Assembly: GCF_009914755.1 (NCBI RefSeq)
Contig: NC_060932.1
Strand: one strand, 5' to 3'
DNA length: 64,000 bases
From: the human T2T-CHM13v2.0 reference genome, Homo sapiens
The translations under genes and the position numbers were made by a program. Every line of letters starts with the position of its first letter. The stretch's first letter is position 1. The notes beneath the pieces were generated by a model. The model was given only the letters and a program-made list of their open reading frames with translations, was not told the DNA's origin and ran no database searches. Below are positions 42,590-56,524 of the stretch, piece after piece.

Positions 42590-42760
42590 TTATTTGTTTT
42601 GTTTTTTCTCTTTAATTATATTTTAAGTTCTAGGGTACATGTGCACAACTTGCAGGTTTGTTACATATGTATACATGTGCCATGTTGTTGTGCTGCACCC
42701 ATTAACTCATCATTTACATTAAGTATATCTTCTAATGCTATCCCTCCCCCCTCCCCCCAC
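42590..42760 (-). mobile_element. Short 5'-truncated L1PA 3' end
   Basis: ttaagttctagggtacatgtgcacaac...gctatccctcccccctccccccac. Confidence 0.9.
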
Positions 42761-45700
42761 TCAGATGTGTCCACATTAAGTCTTCAGCAATTCATCAATT
42801 ACAGTTCAGATTTTCCTACCCCAGGACTGTTTCTTGCAGTAGTTTCCAGTGATGAGTCTTTGCTCCAGTAGGATGTGACTGCCTGTCTTTGCCTGTCTCT
42901 CCAGTTTTGGGAGCAGCAGTTAGCCCTATGTCCTTGCCTGTCTTACAAATGCAAGGAGAGTTGATTTTTCTGTATATTCAGCTTTTTATTTGTTGTTGGG
43001 ACACAGTGGTGACTTCCAAGCTCCTTACATGCTGAATCAGAAATTATAAGTCTCATTATAATTGTTTAGGATAATAAAGCAATCTATTTTATGGGTAATT
43101 TGTTTCAATTAAATTAACATATTTCTATTACCATAAATATAAAGACTGTTGTATCAGATATCCTTTTTTTTTTTTTTTTGGCCAATAGCAGGTTAAATTT
43201 ACTTATCCTACCTCAGAACCCACTGCAATATGTTGATATAAAATTGAACTGTGAAATATGAACACCCCAGTTATAATGACAGTCAAAATCATATACCATA
43301 TAATCAATAAATAAGATAAAGTTATCCTCTCCTAGCCAATATGTGCTTTGAGCACATCCCCTGCATGTCCCTTTCCAAATCCCTTCACAAACTTACTACA
43401 ATGCTTTTTGCAATGTCTTCAGTTTTTGCTTAGAAGTTGTGAGGTGCAAATTAATATCTTCTATTGTATGCTATGCTATACAGCCTATTCCATCCCATCC
43501 TATCCCATTCTATGCTATTCTGTTCTATTCTACCCATTCCATTTTATTTCAGCTCCATTTTTTAAAAGCAGTAGTCACAACTCAAATATATTTTATAGCC
43601 CATTAATTCCCTTTGATTTGCAGTTTTAAAAATAGCATGGTGTGTATGCTAAAATAATTCAAGCTGTTTCCAAATCTTGGAGTAAGAGCCATGTAATTAC
43701 TTCTAATAGAAACTTTTCCTTATTATTAAAATAACACAGAATTATACCTTTACTATACAGGTATCAAAACAGCTCCAGTGTTTGTTTTATAAAAATTACT
43801 TTTATGTGACTCCAATATGTATGATTGCTTCATTTCATTATTCATTGTTTGATCTACAAAATTTTTCTTCAAAATTTAAAAGAAGATAGAAAAAGACTGT
43901 TATACTGTCTTGGCCAGTTCTAATATGAATTGGGCACATTTTGCCACAATTCTTTTTTTTCTAGATCATGTATTATTCATATCTGTACCAATTAACTAGC
44001 CCCTCTCTTTGAACATGTACAATGTTCTTAAAAGGGTGTCATATAAAATTAAAAGAAAAAGTCTTGCTCTGTGCTCTGAAGAACAGTTCTGGAAAATAAA
44101 TGTCAGCAATATGTGAGAAATGATTTTTCTAACTGAATTATAAGATACACTTGCTGAAAGTTCTCTGAAGATTTATTTATAATATAATAAGATAGATGCT
44201 TAGTGAAGAGATAGGACCTATTTGTCCATGGATTGCAGATTTTGAAATCAAACAAATTGGTTTATTTAGGTTATTTCTTTAGCATATTTTATTAGCCTGT
44301 GTAAAAAATAATATAGGATATTTTATTGAAAAGGGAGAGTTGAGGCATACTAAATTAGAAGGATTTGTTAAATATATTCTGATAATATATTTATTAAAAT
44401 TATTATCACAAAATTAGATATTCTATCATTAAAATTATATAACAAATTGTACTGTTATACTTAGAGGTTTTTTTTCAGGGAGTAGTTACTTTCTTTGGTT
44501 AAAATCTTAAAGAAAACTAACTAAATAAATAATAAAGCTTGTATGAGGAAAGAAACTATAAGTTCAGCTGACAGTGGAAGAATTATTTTATTTTTACATT
44601 TTTCATTCATTTTTTTTCTTTTCCTGACAGCTTGTGGTCAGAGTTGTATTATTGTTTGTAAATTTTTTTTTTAATTTTAGAAGCAAGACTCATTGAAATA
44701 AATTTCCTATGAAGTATAGTTTCCATGGCAACTGTAACTGTCTTTTATTTTCACATGTACCATTTAGAATTAGTTGACAATAATTATAGACCACTTAAGC
44801 TAAAACATTTTCTGTACAGCAGAGACATGTATAAAGACAGGGTTTCAGAAAAATAGTTCTGGTTTAGAGAAACTTAAATTACTTGTTAAGAAAGACTTGA
44901 TTTTCTTACTTAAGTAGATGACTGAAATTCTATCTAAATATCCAGTGTGAAGTTTGAGATGACTATTGAGATATGTCAAGGGACATTTTCCCTACTATAA
45001 TTTTAAAATTCCATTTGTTACCAAAACTTTTCATTTCTCTTGTGCTGCGTATGTTTACATGCACATTCCTGACTTCTCAAATCTTCTTTAGTTCAATTAC
45101 TACTTCTTTGGAAACAATTTGGGTATTGGGCAACAGAATAATGTAGAAAGTATGTGCATTAAAATTAACTTTTTTATTTACCAAACCTCTTAGACCATAG
45201 TTTTCTAAAGAAGGTAAAGCAAGGTTTCATATAATTGAAAGAACTGCCAATTAACTTGAGAAGGAAATCCATACGTTAATTAATTAAGTTGCATCATGCT
45301 ATTGAAAGTGAATATATTTATTTATCTCAATGGCCTTCCAGAAGTTAATTTGTAAACATGAAATTATTTTTCAGTCATTGGATTATTACTAGTGTCCATT
45401 GAAACAATATTTCTCTGGGTGAGATGTTACCAGTTTAGAAAAGAAAAAAAATGAGATTTAGATGGTTGTAAAATCTCCCCCTGAAATACTTTTACTCATG
45501 CCATTTCTTTGTTCAATAATAAAGGTAAATAGCATGACAATGACAATCTTGTGCAGGAAAACTATGCTGTGCTTTAGTACACAACAAAAAGTGTGTTCTA
45601 GCATGTAAAATTATTCTCTGAGGTTAATATAGGCAGGCTAAAATTTTCTTTATAACTTTTTTACGATGCTGGGGTATAGTGGAAGCAATTATGTGCTTTG

Positions 45701-45977
45701 ATGGAGTACTGTGGACAGTGGAAGAAGGAGCAAATGACCACAAGCTGCTGTCCAGAGACTAACTGCAACAATGAGGGCTCTAGTTTATTTCGCAAGCTCT
45801 TTTACTAAGCTTCCTCTCAGAAGAGGCCATGGGATTCATGGTGGGGCTACTTCTGAACCTGCATTAGCTCTATGGATTACCTGTGGTGGCAATAAAAAGG
45901 TACTTTTCATATCTCCTGCTGAATGAAGTATAATTGACTGACAGCCTGAGCTGTAGACCTTTTGGAGTATTAATGTA

Positions 45978-48280
45978 GAGGCATACCTTATTTTATCGCA
46001 CTTTGCTTTATTGAGCTTCGCATGTATGTCAACAGCATGTGATCACATCAGGTCTCTGTGTCCAATTTTGGTAACTCTCACGATATTTCAATTTTTTAAA
46101 TTATTATTATATCTAATACAGTGATCTCTGGTAAGTGACCTTTGATGTTATTATTGTAATTGTTTTGAGGCTCCACAGACCTCATCCATATAAGATGGCA
46201 AACTTAATAAATGTGCGCATTCTGACTGCTCCACCGACCAGCCGTTCTTCCTCTCCTTAGGCCTGAGGAAATGACAATATTAAAATTAGCCAATTAATAA
46301 CCCTAAAAGGACCTCTCTAACTGTTCATCTCTCACTTTAAGTCAAAAGCTAGAGATGATTAAGCTTAATGAAGAAGGCATGTTAAAAGCTGTGATGGGCC
46401 AATAGCTAGGCCTTGTGTGCCAAAAAGTTAGCCGGTTGTGAACATGAAGAAAAAAACTATTGAAGGAAATTAAAAATTATATCCCTGTGAACACACACAT
46501 GATAAGAAAGTTAAACAGCCTATTGATGATATGGAGAAAGTTTTAGTGGTCTAGGTAGATCAAACCAGCCACAACATTCCCTTAAGCCAGAGCCTAATCC
46601 AGTGCAAGGCTCTCCCTCTTTTCAATTCTATGAAGGCTGAGAAAGGTGAGGAATCTGCAGAAGAAGAATTTGAAGCTAACAGAGTTTGGCTGATGAGGTT
46701 TAAGGAAAAAAACTGTCTCCAGAAACTTTAAAACCTTTAATATAAAAGTTCAAGGTGAAGCATCAAGTGCTGATATAGAAGCTGCAGTAATTATCTAGAA
46801 GGTCTAGCAAAGAAAATTGATGGAAGTAGCTACACTAAACAATAGGTTTTCAATATATATGAAATAGGCATGCATTGGAAAAAGATGCTATCTAGGACTT
46901 TCATAGCTAAAGAGGATAAATTAATGCCTGCCTTCAAAGCTTCAAAAAACAGGCTATCTTTTTATGTATGTAGCTGATGATCTTCAGTTGAAGCCAGTAC
47001 ATATTTACCATATGAAAAATTGTAGGGCCCTTAAGAATTATGCTGTATTTATTCTTGCCATGCTTTATAAGTGAAACAAAAAAGCCTGGATGACAACATG
47101 TCGGCTTGTAGCATGGCTTACTGAATATTTTAAGCCCACTGTTGAGACCCACTGCTCAGGAAAAAAAAAATCCTTTCAAAATATTATTTCTCATTAACAA
47201 TGCATCTAGTCACTCAAGAACTCTGCCGGATATGTACAAGGAGTTTAATGTTGTTTTTATTCCTGCTAACACAACACTGATTCTATATCCCATGGATCAA
47301 GGAGTAATTTTAACTTTCAAGTCTTATTACTTTAGAAATACATTTTATAAGAGTATAGCTGTTATAGTGATTCCTCTAATGGGTCTGAGCAAAGTAATTT
47401 GAAAACCTTCTAGAAAAAATTCACAACTTTAGATGCCACTAAGAACATTTGTGATTAATAGGAGGAGGTCAAACTATCAATTTTGATGGGAGACTGGAAG
47501 AAGTTGATTCAAAACCTAATAGATGACTTTAAGGGGTTCAAGACTTTAGCGGAGGAACTAACTGCAGATGGGGTGGAAATAGCTAGAGAATTCAAATTAG
47601 AAGTGATATCTGAAGATGTGACTGAGTTGCTGCAATCTCATGACACAGCTTGAATGGATGAGGATTTGCTTCTAATGGATGAGCAGCAAGAAAGTTGTTT
47701 CTTGAGATGTAGTTTACTCTTGGCAAAGATGCTGTGAATATTGTTGAGATGACAACAAATGATTCAGAATATTACAAAGATATAGGATAAAGCAGCAGCA
47801 GGGTTTGAGAGGATTGACTCCAATTTTGAAAGAAGATCTACTGTGGGTAAAATGCTATTGCACAGTATTTCATGCTATGGAGAATTCTTTGTGAAAGAAA
47901 ATGTCAATTATCGATGTACATACTTCATTGTTGTCTTATTTAAAGAAATAGCCACAGCCACCCCAAGCTTCAGTAACCACCACCCTAATCAGTCAGCAGC
48001 CATCAATATTAAAGCAAGACCTTCTATCAGTAAAAAGATTTCAACTTGCTGAGGTTCAGATGATTATTAGCATTTCTTAGCAATAAAATATTTTTAAATT
48101 GTTAATACATTGTTTTTTAGACCTAATGCTATTGCACACTTAATATGCTATAATATAGTGTAAACACAATTATATATGCAGTGGAAAATCAAAACAATTT
48201 GTGTGACTCACTTTGTTGTGATAATCTCCTTATTGTGGGTGGTCTGGAAATTAACCTGTAATATCTCCAAGATGTGCCAA
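45978..48280 (+). mobile_element. Tigger1 (TcMar-Tigger/pogo) DNA transposon, near full length, transposase disrupted
   Basis: TA-flanked ends gaggcatacct... / ...atctccaagatgtgcca. ORF 47142-47402 shows a pogo DDE motif ([11 protein letters not shown]...[18 protein letters not shown]). Confidence 0.9.
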
Positions 48281-48639
48281 TAGTCCCATTTCTAAAAAAA
48301 AGTAGGACTCCTTAGTGGGCTACTTTTTCTCAAGTGTTCTCCATCAAACTGGCTGAAGTTTCTTAGGAATGGGATGTAATCAGTGCTTTTCCCACCCCCC
48401 CCCCCCCCCGCCAATTGTCCTCCTTCTCCCTCTTCTTCATAGCTGTCAGACCTGCATCATGGTCTGAAGATTCTTCCCACCTTCAATAGTTTCCTTCTCT
48501 TTATTATTCATAACCATTTTTCCACAAGTAAATATCTTGCACATAATCAATATTGTAAAAATCACCTGTATTGGCATCTGCCTCTCAGAGGACTTGAACT
48601 TAGAGTTTGGGGAAAAGATAAATAATTTGATATTGGATG

Positions 48640-49760
48640 TGCAAATTGCGAGATGTTTATTAGACATCTTTTGAATAGGCAGTTAGTTCACAAATCTAGA
48701 AATACAGTAAGTGAGAGGAAAGTTCTAATCTGGATGTAGGAATTTGGGAATTGACCGAGAATCAATGATACATAAGCCATGAAATCAGATGATTTTTGTC
48801 AAGGGAGCAGAATAAATGAAGCATAGAAGAGGACTGATGATTAAGCTCTGATTTATGACCTCAATTAGAAAAGATGACTGAACAGTGAAGTGGGGATTAA
48901 ATTAGGAAGGCATGAAGGGCTGGAAGTCAAGTAAAGGAATTGTTTTAAGGAAGAATCTGTAATTAATCTTGCAAAATGCTGTTGATGAATCTGGCAATAT
49001 GAGTTCTAAGAAATGATTGGATTTGGCAATGATGGACTCACTGCTGACCTTAAGGAAAAGTTTTACAGGAGTTGTAGGGGTGGTAGACTTATGTGAATTT
49101 TCCAGAAAGAATGAGAAGATAAACAGTGAATATACAAAGGGAGAGAGTGAGTATGGATACTGCTGTCAAAGAGTTTTGCCATAAAAAAGAGAAGAGAATT
49201 CGATGTTTTCTATTCTAGAGGATGAAATAGATTCAAGGAATTTTGACGGCTTGTTTTTTTTTTTTTTTTAATTTTAAGATGGGAAAAAAATCATGTTTGC
49301 GTGCTGACAGGAAGTAGGAAGCGGAAAATTTGATAATACAGTAAGAAGAGGGGAAAAGCTCTCTGTAGCAGCGTCCTGGAGTCGGAGATAAAGTGTGGAT
49401 GGACGATCCAACCCTCGTAAAGTGAGGAAAGGCAGAGTTAATAGGCACAGATGGAGGTAGGTGGATAAATGTGGGTGATGACTCTTTTTTAAAAAATCTC
49501 TTCTGATTCTATTTTCTGAGTAAAAGCGGAATCCAAGGGAGGTGTTAGAGGTTTTTACTTGTCTCCGGATAGTGAATGGACTCAGGAATTGCCGTATGAG
49601 ATTGCCTGGAAGCTTTAAGAACCCATTTGGGGTTGTAGGCATGAATGTAAAGTGAGAGCAGTCTGCAGGCATTGTGTTTTTCTTTGTAGGGCATGATCTG
49701 CTCTACAAGGGCAGGCACAAGAAGGCAGTGGATTGAATTTAATTAGGGTCAGGGTATTGC
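48640..49760 (-). mobile_element. L2 fragments
   Basis: Purine-rich degenerate L2-like segments (gattggatttggcaatgatggactcactgctgacctt). Confidence 0.5.
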
Positions 49761-49822
49761 CAATTTAATACCAGGAAGGAAGAGAGGGGCACTAGAGTTG
49801 AAAAGGCAAGCAAGGGAGTGAT

Positions 49823-49890
49823 TATAATATAATATAATATAATATAATATAATATAATATAATATAATATCATATAATATAATGTAATAT
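49823..49890. repeat. (ATATA)n pentanucleotide repeat
   Basis: Read directly from the sequence. Confidence 0.9.
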
Positions 49891-50575
49891 AAGCACAGTG
49901 AGAACATAAGGATGGTGAGTATCCAGGTTTCCCTGTCGTCCCTAAAAACGTACCAGGTAGGCAACTGCCGTTGATGAGTAAAGCTCTCCCTGTGTGACAT
50001 TTGTCTTCCTTATATTAGTATGGCTTGGAGAGAGTTCTGGGGTGGTGATGCTTTGCAAAGAAAAATCATGAAGGAGATCATCAGAACACATCATTTGCCT
50101 GCTATCCAATATCTTGTTGGATCTGAACTGAAGGATTCATAAGACAGTTATTAATGGCTAATATTTCAAAAGAAGAGACTTTTCTTGTTAACATAATGTA
50201 TCAATAAAAATATTTCTCAAAGTATTAAGCTTATCCAATGACAATGTTTTGCTTAGATAAATTGGGTCAGCATATATATTTTCTGCAACAGCTAATCAAA
50301 ATATTTTAATAAGCATAAGAATTCCACATTAAAACACAGAACTGAGATTCCTACCTCAGTTATTTTTGCATCTAATCCATTATACTTGATACTACTTTGC
50401 ATTAAAATGATAAATGCAACAATTTCTTGTATGTTATAGAAATAATATATACATAAAATAAAATATGAATATGTCACTCTTAATAGAGATACCTCAGTAA
50501 TTTCTTAAAATTGCTTTTTTAGGTACTTAAGCATTGCCTATATGCATTTAAATGTCTGAAAGTAGTGTTTTCTAA

Positions 50576-51645
50576 CAGGCAAAGATTTCATGATGAAGAC
50601 ACAAAAGGTGGTTGCAACGAAAGCAAAAATTGGCAAATGGGATCTAATTAAACTCTAGAGCTTTGTCAGAGCAAAGGAACCTATCAACAGAGTGAACAGA
50701 CAACCTACAGATTGGGGGAAAATATTTGCAAACTATACATCTACAAAAGTCTAATATTCCAGCATCTATAAGAAACTTAAACAAATTTACAAGAAAAAAA
50801 AATCCCATTAAAAAGTGGGCAAAGGATATGAACAGACACTTTTCAAAAGAAAACATACATGCAGCCAACAATGATATGAAAAAAAGCCTCAATATCACTG
50901 ATCATTAGAGAAACGCAAATCAAAACCATAATGAGATACCATCTCACACTAGTCAGAATGGCTATTATTAAAAAGCAAAAAAAAAAAAGCAGATGCTGGC
51001 GAAGTTATGGAGCAATTGGAACGCATATACACTGATACTGGGAGTGTAAATTAGTTCAGCCATGTGAGAGTGTGGCAATTCCTCAAAGACCTAAAAACAG
51101 AAATACCACTGGATCCAGCAATCCCATTAATGGGTATATACCCAAGAAATATAAATTGTTTTATTATAAAGATACATGCACACGTATGTTCAATGCAGCA
51201 TTATTCACAGTAGCAAAGACATGGAATAAACCTAAATGCCCATCAACTGTAGACTGGATAAAGAAAATGTATGTATACACCATGAAGTACTATCCAGCCA
51301 TATGAAAGAATGAGATCATGTCATTTGCAGGGACATGGATGGAGCTGGAGGCTATTATCCTTAGCAAACTAATGCAGGAAGAGAAAACCAAATACCACAT
51401 GTTCTCACTTATAAGTGGGAGCTAAATGATGAGAGCACATGAACACATAGAGGGAAACAACACACATTGGGGCCTATCAGAGGGTGCTGGGTAGGAGGAG
51501 GGAGAGAATCAGGAAAAATAACTGGTGCTAGGTTTAATACCTGGGTGATGAAATAATCCGTGCAAAAAAACTCTCATGACACAAGATTACCTGTATAACA
51601 AACCCGCACATGTATCCCTGAACTTAAAATAACAGTTAAATTAAC
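50576..51645 (+). mobile_element. 5'-truncated primate L1 (old L1PA/L1PB), ORF2 end and 3' UTR
   Basis: ORF2 C-terminal remnants (KKWAKDMNRHFSKE, KDTCTRMF) and the L1 3' UTR. TSD GAAAGTAGTGTT(T/C)TCTAA at 50558-50575 and 51874-51891. Confidence 0.92.
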
Positions 51646-51654
51646 AAAGAAAGT

Positions 51655-51870
51655 GGCTAACACGGTGAAACCCCGTCTCTGCTAAAAATACAAAAAATTA
51701 GCCAGGCGTGGTGGCGGGCGCCTCTAGTCCCAGCTACTCGCGAGGTTGACGCAGGAGAATGGTGTGAACCCAAGAGGTGGAGCTTGCAGTGAGCCGAGAT
51801 CGCGCCACTGGCACTCCAGCCTGGGCGACAGACGGACACTCCGTCTCAAAAAACCAAACCAAAACAAAAC
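51655..51870 (+). mobile_element. 5'-truncated AluY
   Basis: AluY-type ggctaacacggtgaaacccc, gagaatggtgtgaaccc, gagcttgcagtgagccgagatcgcgcc. TSD AACAAAGAAAGT. Confidence 0.9.
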
Positions 51871-53176
51871 AAAGAAAGTAGTGTTCTCTAAATAGCTTAG
51901 AGAAAGACAATAATTCAATTATTTTATATTTTAAAAAATTAAATATTGTTTTATAACAATAATTCTTAGATGTTTAAAAAGTGTTTACTGTTTTAAAATA
52001 ATGGGTTATAAAATTGGCAGAGTTCCTGCCTTGATTTTTTTACCTAAATGAAATTTGGTTTGCTTATATATACATTCATTGAATAAATAAAATGATATTT
52101 TATTTAACAGCAAAATTGAGTAAGCAATGATATTTTAAAACTTCTTTCTGAAGACCTACATCTTGACAACATTTATATAGCTAACAGCACATTTGTAGAG
52201 AAGATGTTTAGGATCCTCCATGATAAAAACATATATACATATGTATACACATAGTTTTTAATTTTTTTTATTTCCAACTACTATTTACTCTAAAGATAAT
52301 ATATTTTTAATCTAATAATGACTATAAGGTGTCACCACAGCCTTTTCTTAAAAGCACCATTCCACCTCTGAGAATAAGCTGATATTTTACTTAAGGCATA
52401 TTGAACTTCTCCATGCACAAGAAGTTGGCTTGCCTGCCTAAAAAATAAATTTCTATGCAGAGCTTGTGTAGGAAGAATGAAATCTGCAATTTGACTTTTA
52501 GGAGTGTCGTTTTCCGGGTCAGGCAGATTGGTATTCAGCGCTGGCTCTGCCATCTATAGCCTGTGTGAATTTAGGCAAGTTTATACCTTTTAATGTTTCA
52601 GTTTCGCTGTCTTTTCCTCACACACCTTTGAACAGAATATTAACTACAAGAAAACAGGACCTAGTCTTGTTTAAGAAAGACTCCCTAGTCCCCAGAACAC
52701 CAAAGATCCTTAATAAATATTTGTTGAGTTAATAAATATATAAAATATGTATTTTGAAGAGTATAAGAATAGTAATTATATAATAGGGATATTTTGAGGA
52801 TAAAATGGCATAATACATGATGAATACAGAGCATAGTCCTGGATCAGAGTAACTATTCTTATTAGGGAAAGTTCTAGAAAAGCTGGAGTAAGTTTACCTT
52901 CTGTGTCTAACTTCTACTTTCCCTTCAGATTGTGGAAGGGATTTATACTATGACTAGTGGCCCTGTGCCACAATCTAGCACCCATGTATGTGTGTAAGAA
53001 GTAAAATATTTATCTTACTAATATTCATATCTCCTGAACCTTTTATAATATTTAGGAGAAGTGGAAACAAGTTAAATGAATTAAAGTACTTTAGCACACA
53101 ATCTAAAACTCATGCCATCAGTGAAAATGTTTTCAGAGCTTAACCATGCATACCAGAAAACAGGAGGTAGTACATG

Positions 53177-53332
53177 CGATATTTCATTGATTTTAAGGTG
53201 CTTATTTTAAATTTTTACATATCTGAAATCCGGATGCATTTTACAGTTAATGGCATCTTACAATTGACTGGCATCTTTCTTTCTTGGTAGTGCATAGCAT
53301 AATATGATGTCTTAAATAGAGTTTATGAAATA
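53177..53332. mobile_element. MER104-like TcMar MITE downstream of the KCNV1 stop codon
   Basis: TIR-like tatttcattgattttaag / agtttatgaaata with internal ctgaaatccggatgcattttaca. Confidence 0.6.
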
Positions 53333-54726
53333 CCTTATAGCTATATATTAAAGCAGTCCTCAATGTTTATTTCTTATCACCATTCACCCCTGGCAAAGAG
53401 CCTTCTAGGCTTTTTTCCCTAACATCTCACCCCCATGAAATGTTAATACCACAGATATACTCAATATGCTTATCTGTGTTTTGTAAATGAAGTGATAAGA
53501 TTTTTTTTTCCTCAAGAACCAATTTTCTTCCCCTTGGGGGCTCTATTATATTGGAAATGTAGGTATTAAAGTGATGCATTCCTTGTTATTCTTAGGTTGT
53601 AGAATCTCATTTACTAAAATAATGGGAATCATGAGCTAGTTCTTAGCTTTAGAGGTTTTGGCTTTAATTATATAATACAATGTCTAGGAATTGTGTTGTT
53701 ATGATGAATGTCAAAATGCCTGCAAAGTTTGAACATTTGCTATTTACCCCAACAATCAGAAAGCTGTCCATAGTATTTTTTTGTTAACAAGTAAAAGATC
53801 TTCAAGTTCATCCAGTGATGTCATTTAACATATATTTCCCATTTTATGAAATAAGATTATTTAGTAATTCCAGTGTAGAAATTTAGGATGTTCACTACCT
53901 CACTTTTACATATTCATTATTTTAAAGCCATAATGTGAACAATACATCCATAAAGAGACATTTAAAGACCATCTGATATTCATGAAATACTAAGAAATAT
54001 GCTGTTTTATGCTTCACATACTACACTCAGTTGGGAGAATGAAGATGTGCAATTGTTGAAGTCTTTGTGTAGACTCATGTACTGCAATCTAAGCAGTTTT
54101 GGGATTCCCACCTCTTATAGTAATAATGGGATACAGAGATCAGTTCATTTGTGACCAGTGGTTTACATGAAAAAGAAGATAGGGATATAATCTCTGCCCA
54201 TCAAATATGGGTTTTCTCTTGTAAAGCTAAGTATTATATTCAATAGCTTTAACTGATAGAGAACGGAGTAATTTATGTACTTGGATAATATCTTTAAATA
54301 GCAAAGTTGTTCAATATGTTCTTAAATATTTACTTATCTTTCTCTGGGCTATGCAGTTTACCTTCCATTTTTAAAAAATTAGTGGTGCAAAAAACTTCTA
54401 ATGTTAGTGATACATAAAATCTTTAACTTTTTTGTATGTATTGCAATAACATTATTTTATATTTGACAATTCAAACATGTTTATATTGGCCCAGTTGTAT
54501 TTGGTTGTGTTAATTGGCTATTTTGGACACTCAAATGTGTCAGAACACTGTGCAGTTGTTATAGGTGATGTGAAATATTCTAGTAGATGAAGCAATATAT
54601 CAGCAAAAATTAATTAAGATGAGCAGTACTCTGAAGAGACTCATCATCAGAATACAGAAATCCACATCACTGCTTTATCATTTTAGTTAATTGTACATAG
54701 CTTTTGTAAATAAATTGAAAATTAAT

Positions 54727-55238
54727 TCAAAACCAGAAATCATCTCCCCCGCTGCTCCTAGTACTTGCTCTTTCTCTGCCTTTCAGTCGCAGCATCTCCA
54801 TGATACTCCGGGCATAGACATCTCTCAAGTTAACACTGATATATGAGTCAGTGGCTATATTCTTGGTAAGCTTCTTTAGGGCTTCACGCTGTCTAACAGC
54901 TGCTTCCTTGAGTTTCAAGGTGAAGTAGCAAGCAGAGAAGCGATCGTTAATAATAGCAATAGGCAAGGCCAAGACAAGAATTCCCGATAATATACACATG
55001 AAGGCCACGATTTTGCCTGTGGTGGTGTCTGGTCTAATGTCCCCATATCCCACAGTAGTCATAGAGGTGGTGGCCCACCACCATGCACAAGGGACACTTG
55101 TGAAGGTTGTGTCAGGAATGCTTTGCTCAGCAAAGTATTCTACAGTTGAAAATATAGAGATTCCCACGGATAGAAATAGGAGCAGTAGGCCGACTTCTTC
55201 GTAACACTGGGTGATTGTCATCCCAAGGGAGCGTAATC
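54727..55238 (-). CDS. KCNV1: KCNV1 last coding exon: S5, pore helix/selectivity filter, S6 and C-terminus
   Basis: Acceptor tgttgcag|GA, then GLRSLGMTI...CAWWWATTSMTTVGYGDIRP...ILVLALPIAIINDRF...GGDDFWF and TGA (54727-54729); 512 nt. 461+530+512 = 1503 nt, in frame. Confidence 0.97.
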
Positions 55239-56202
55239 CTGCAACAGAACAAATGCTGTCAGTCATTGGCATCCCTCTTCTCTCTCTTCCTTCCCTCCCC
55301 TCCCCTCTCCCTCCTTGCTCTGCCACCCACAAACTGCACTGCACACTTAAATGTCCCCAGCACTGGGCAATGTTCTGGGGATACAAAGTTGATTAAATCA
55401 TAATCCTTGTGCCAGGAAGTTCACAGTCTAGTTGATGGGGCCAGGTTGAGAAGGCTAGAGAGAAATATAATTAGATTCATTAATTCACCTATAGAATTAT
55501 TGAACTTCTACTATTAAAAAGAAGGCGAGAGGTAAGACTGAAGGCAGGCAGGGGTGGTATGATAGGAGTTTTGTACTTTAGTCTGTACAATAAGAGGCCT
55601 TTGCGGTGTTGCATGTGGAGGGCATATTTGGTCACACCTGCATTTCAATGCATCATTTTAGCACTTGTTTCAAATGCCAGTTTTATGTTGTCTTGTATTT
55701 TATGTGTCTGTTTTTCTCACCTTCCTTGTAAAGTTTAAGACAATCAGGAACCTGATTACAGGAAAGCCAGAAAAAGTAAACAATGGGCACCATAGCAACA
55801 AAGTGAAGCAGCAGAAGCAAGTTAGGCATTGGTGATAAAATTGACATGAGAACATCACATGTATATTCAGGGGACATTCTCAGCAGTATGTCAGGAGGAG
55901 GTCTGAACTCCCAAGACACCCACTGAAACCCTACTCCTTAATACCAAAGCTGTAAGAAATTATCTCCCTTGAGTACATAAAATTTCTGCTTTCCTATAAT
56001 AACATAGACCTGAATACAGAATATTCCTCCATTGCAAAAAGGTATGGGAAATGGAACCACTAGAGAATTTACTCTTTATGAAGCATTGGCTGCTTTTCCA
56101 TTCCTAGATCTGAGGATTTATTAAACCCCAGGGAGACAGAACCACGATAGTCCAATTCCGTCTCTGAAGACACTAGGCCTAAGGGGAGTAAGAGCCCATT
56201 AT

Positions 56203-56524
<322 letters not shown>

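Larger units (their letters stand above)
24170..43030 (-). mobile_element. Ancient L1M (L1MC/L1MD-type) element, fragmented; host of later insertions
   Basis: L1M-like sequence at ~24170-24690, 31560-32216, 34440-35640, 36690-37300, 37795-37970 and 41650-43030. It resumes across the HERV-L, THE1A and MER75 junctions. May be more than one element. Confidence 0.55.

Noticed and set aside
46350-47900. Tigger1 transposase as a functional TIGD-like gene
   Set aside because: Fragmented; only an 86-aa DDE piece is open.
55239-55386. N-terminal part of the 219-aa ORF (MYPQNIAQ...)
   Set aside because: Intronic read-through upstream of the true acceptor at 55238.
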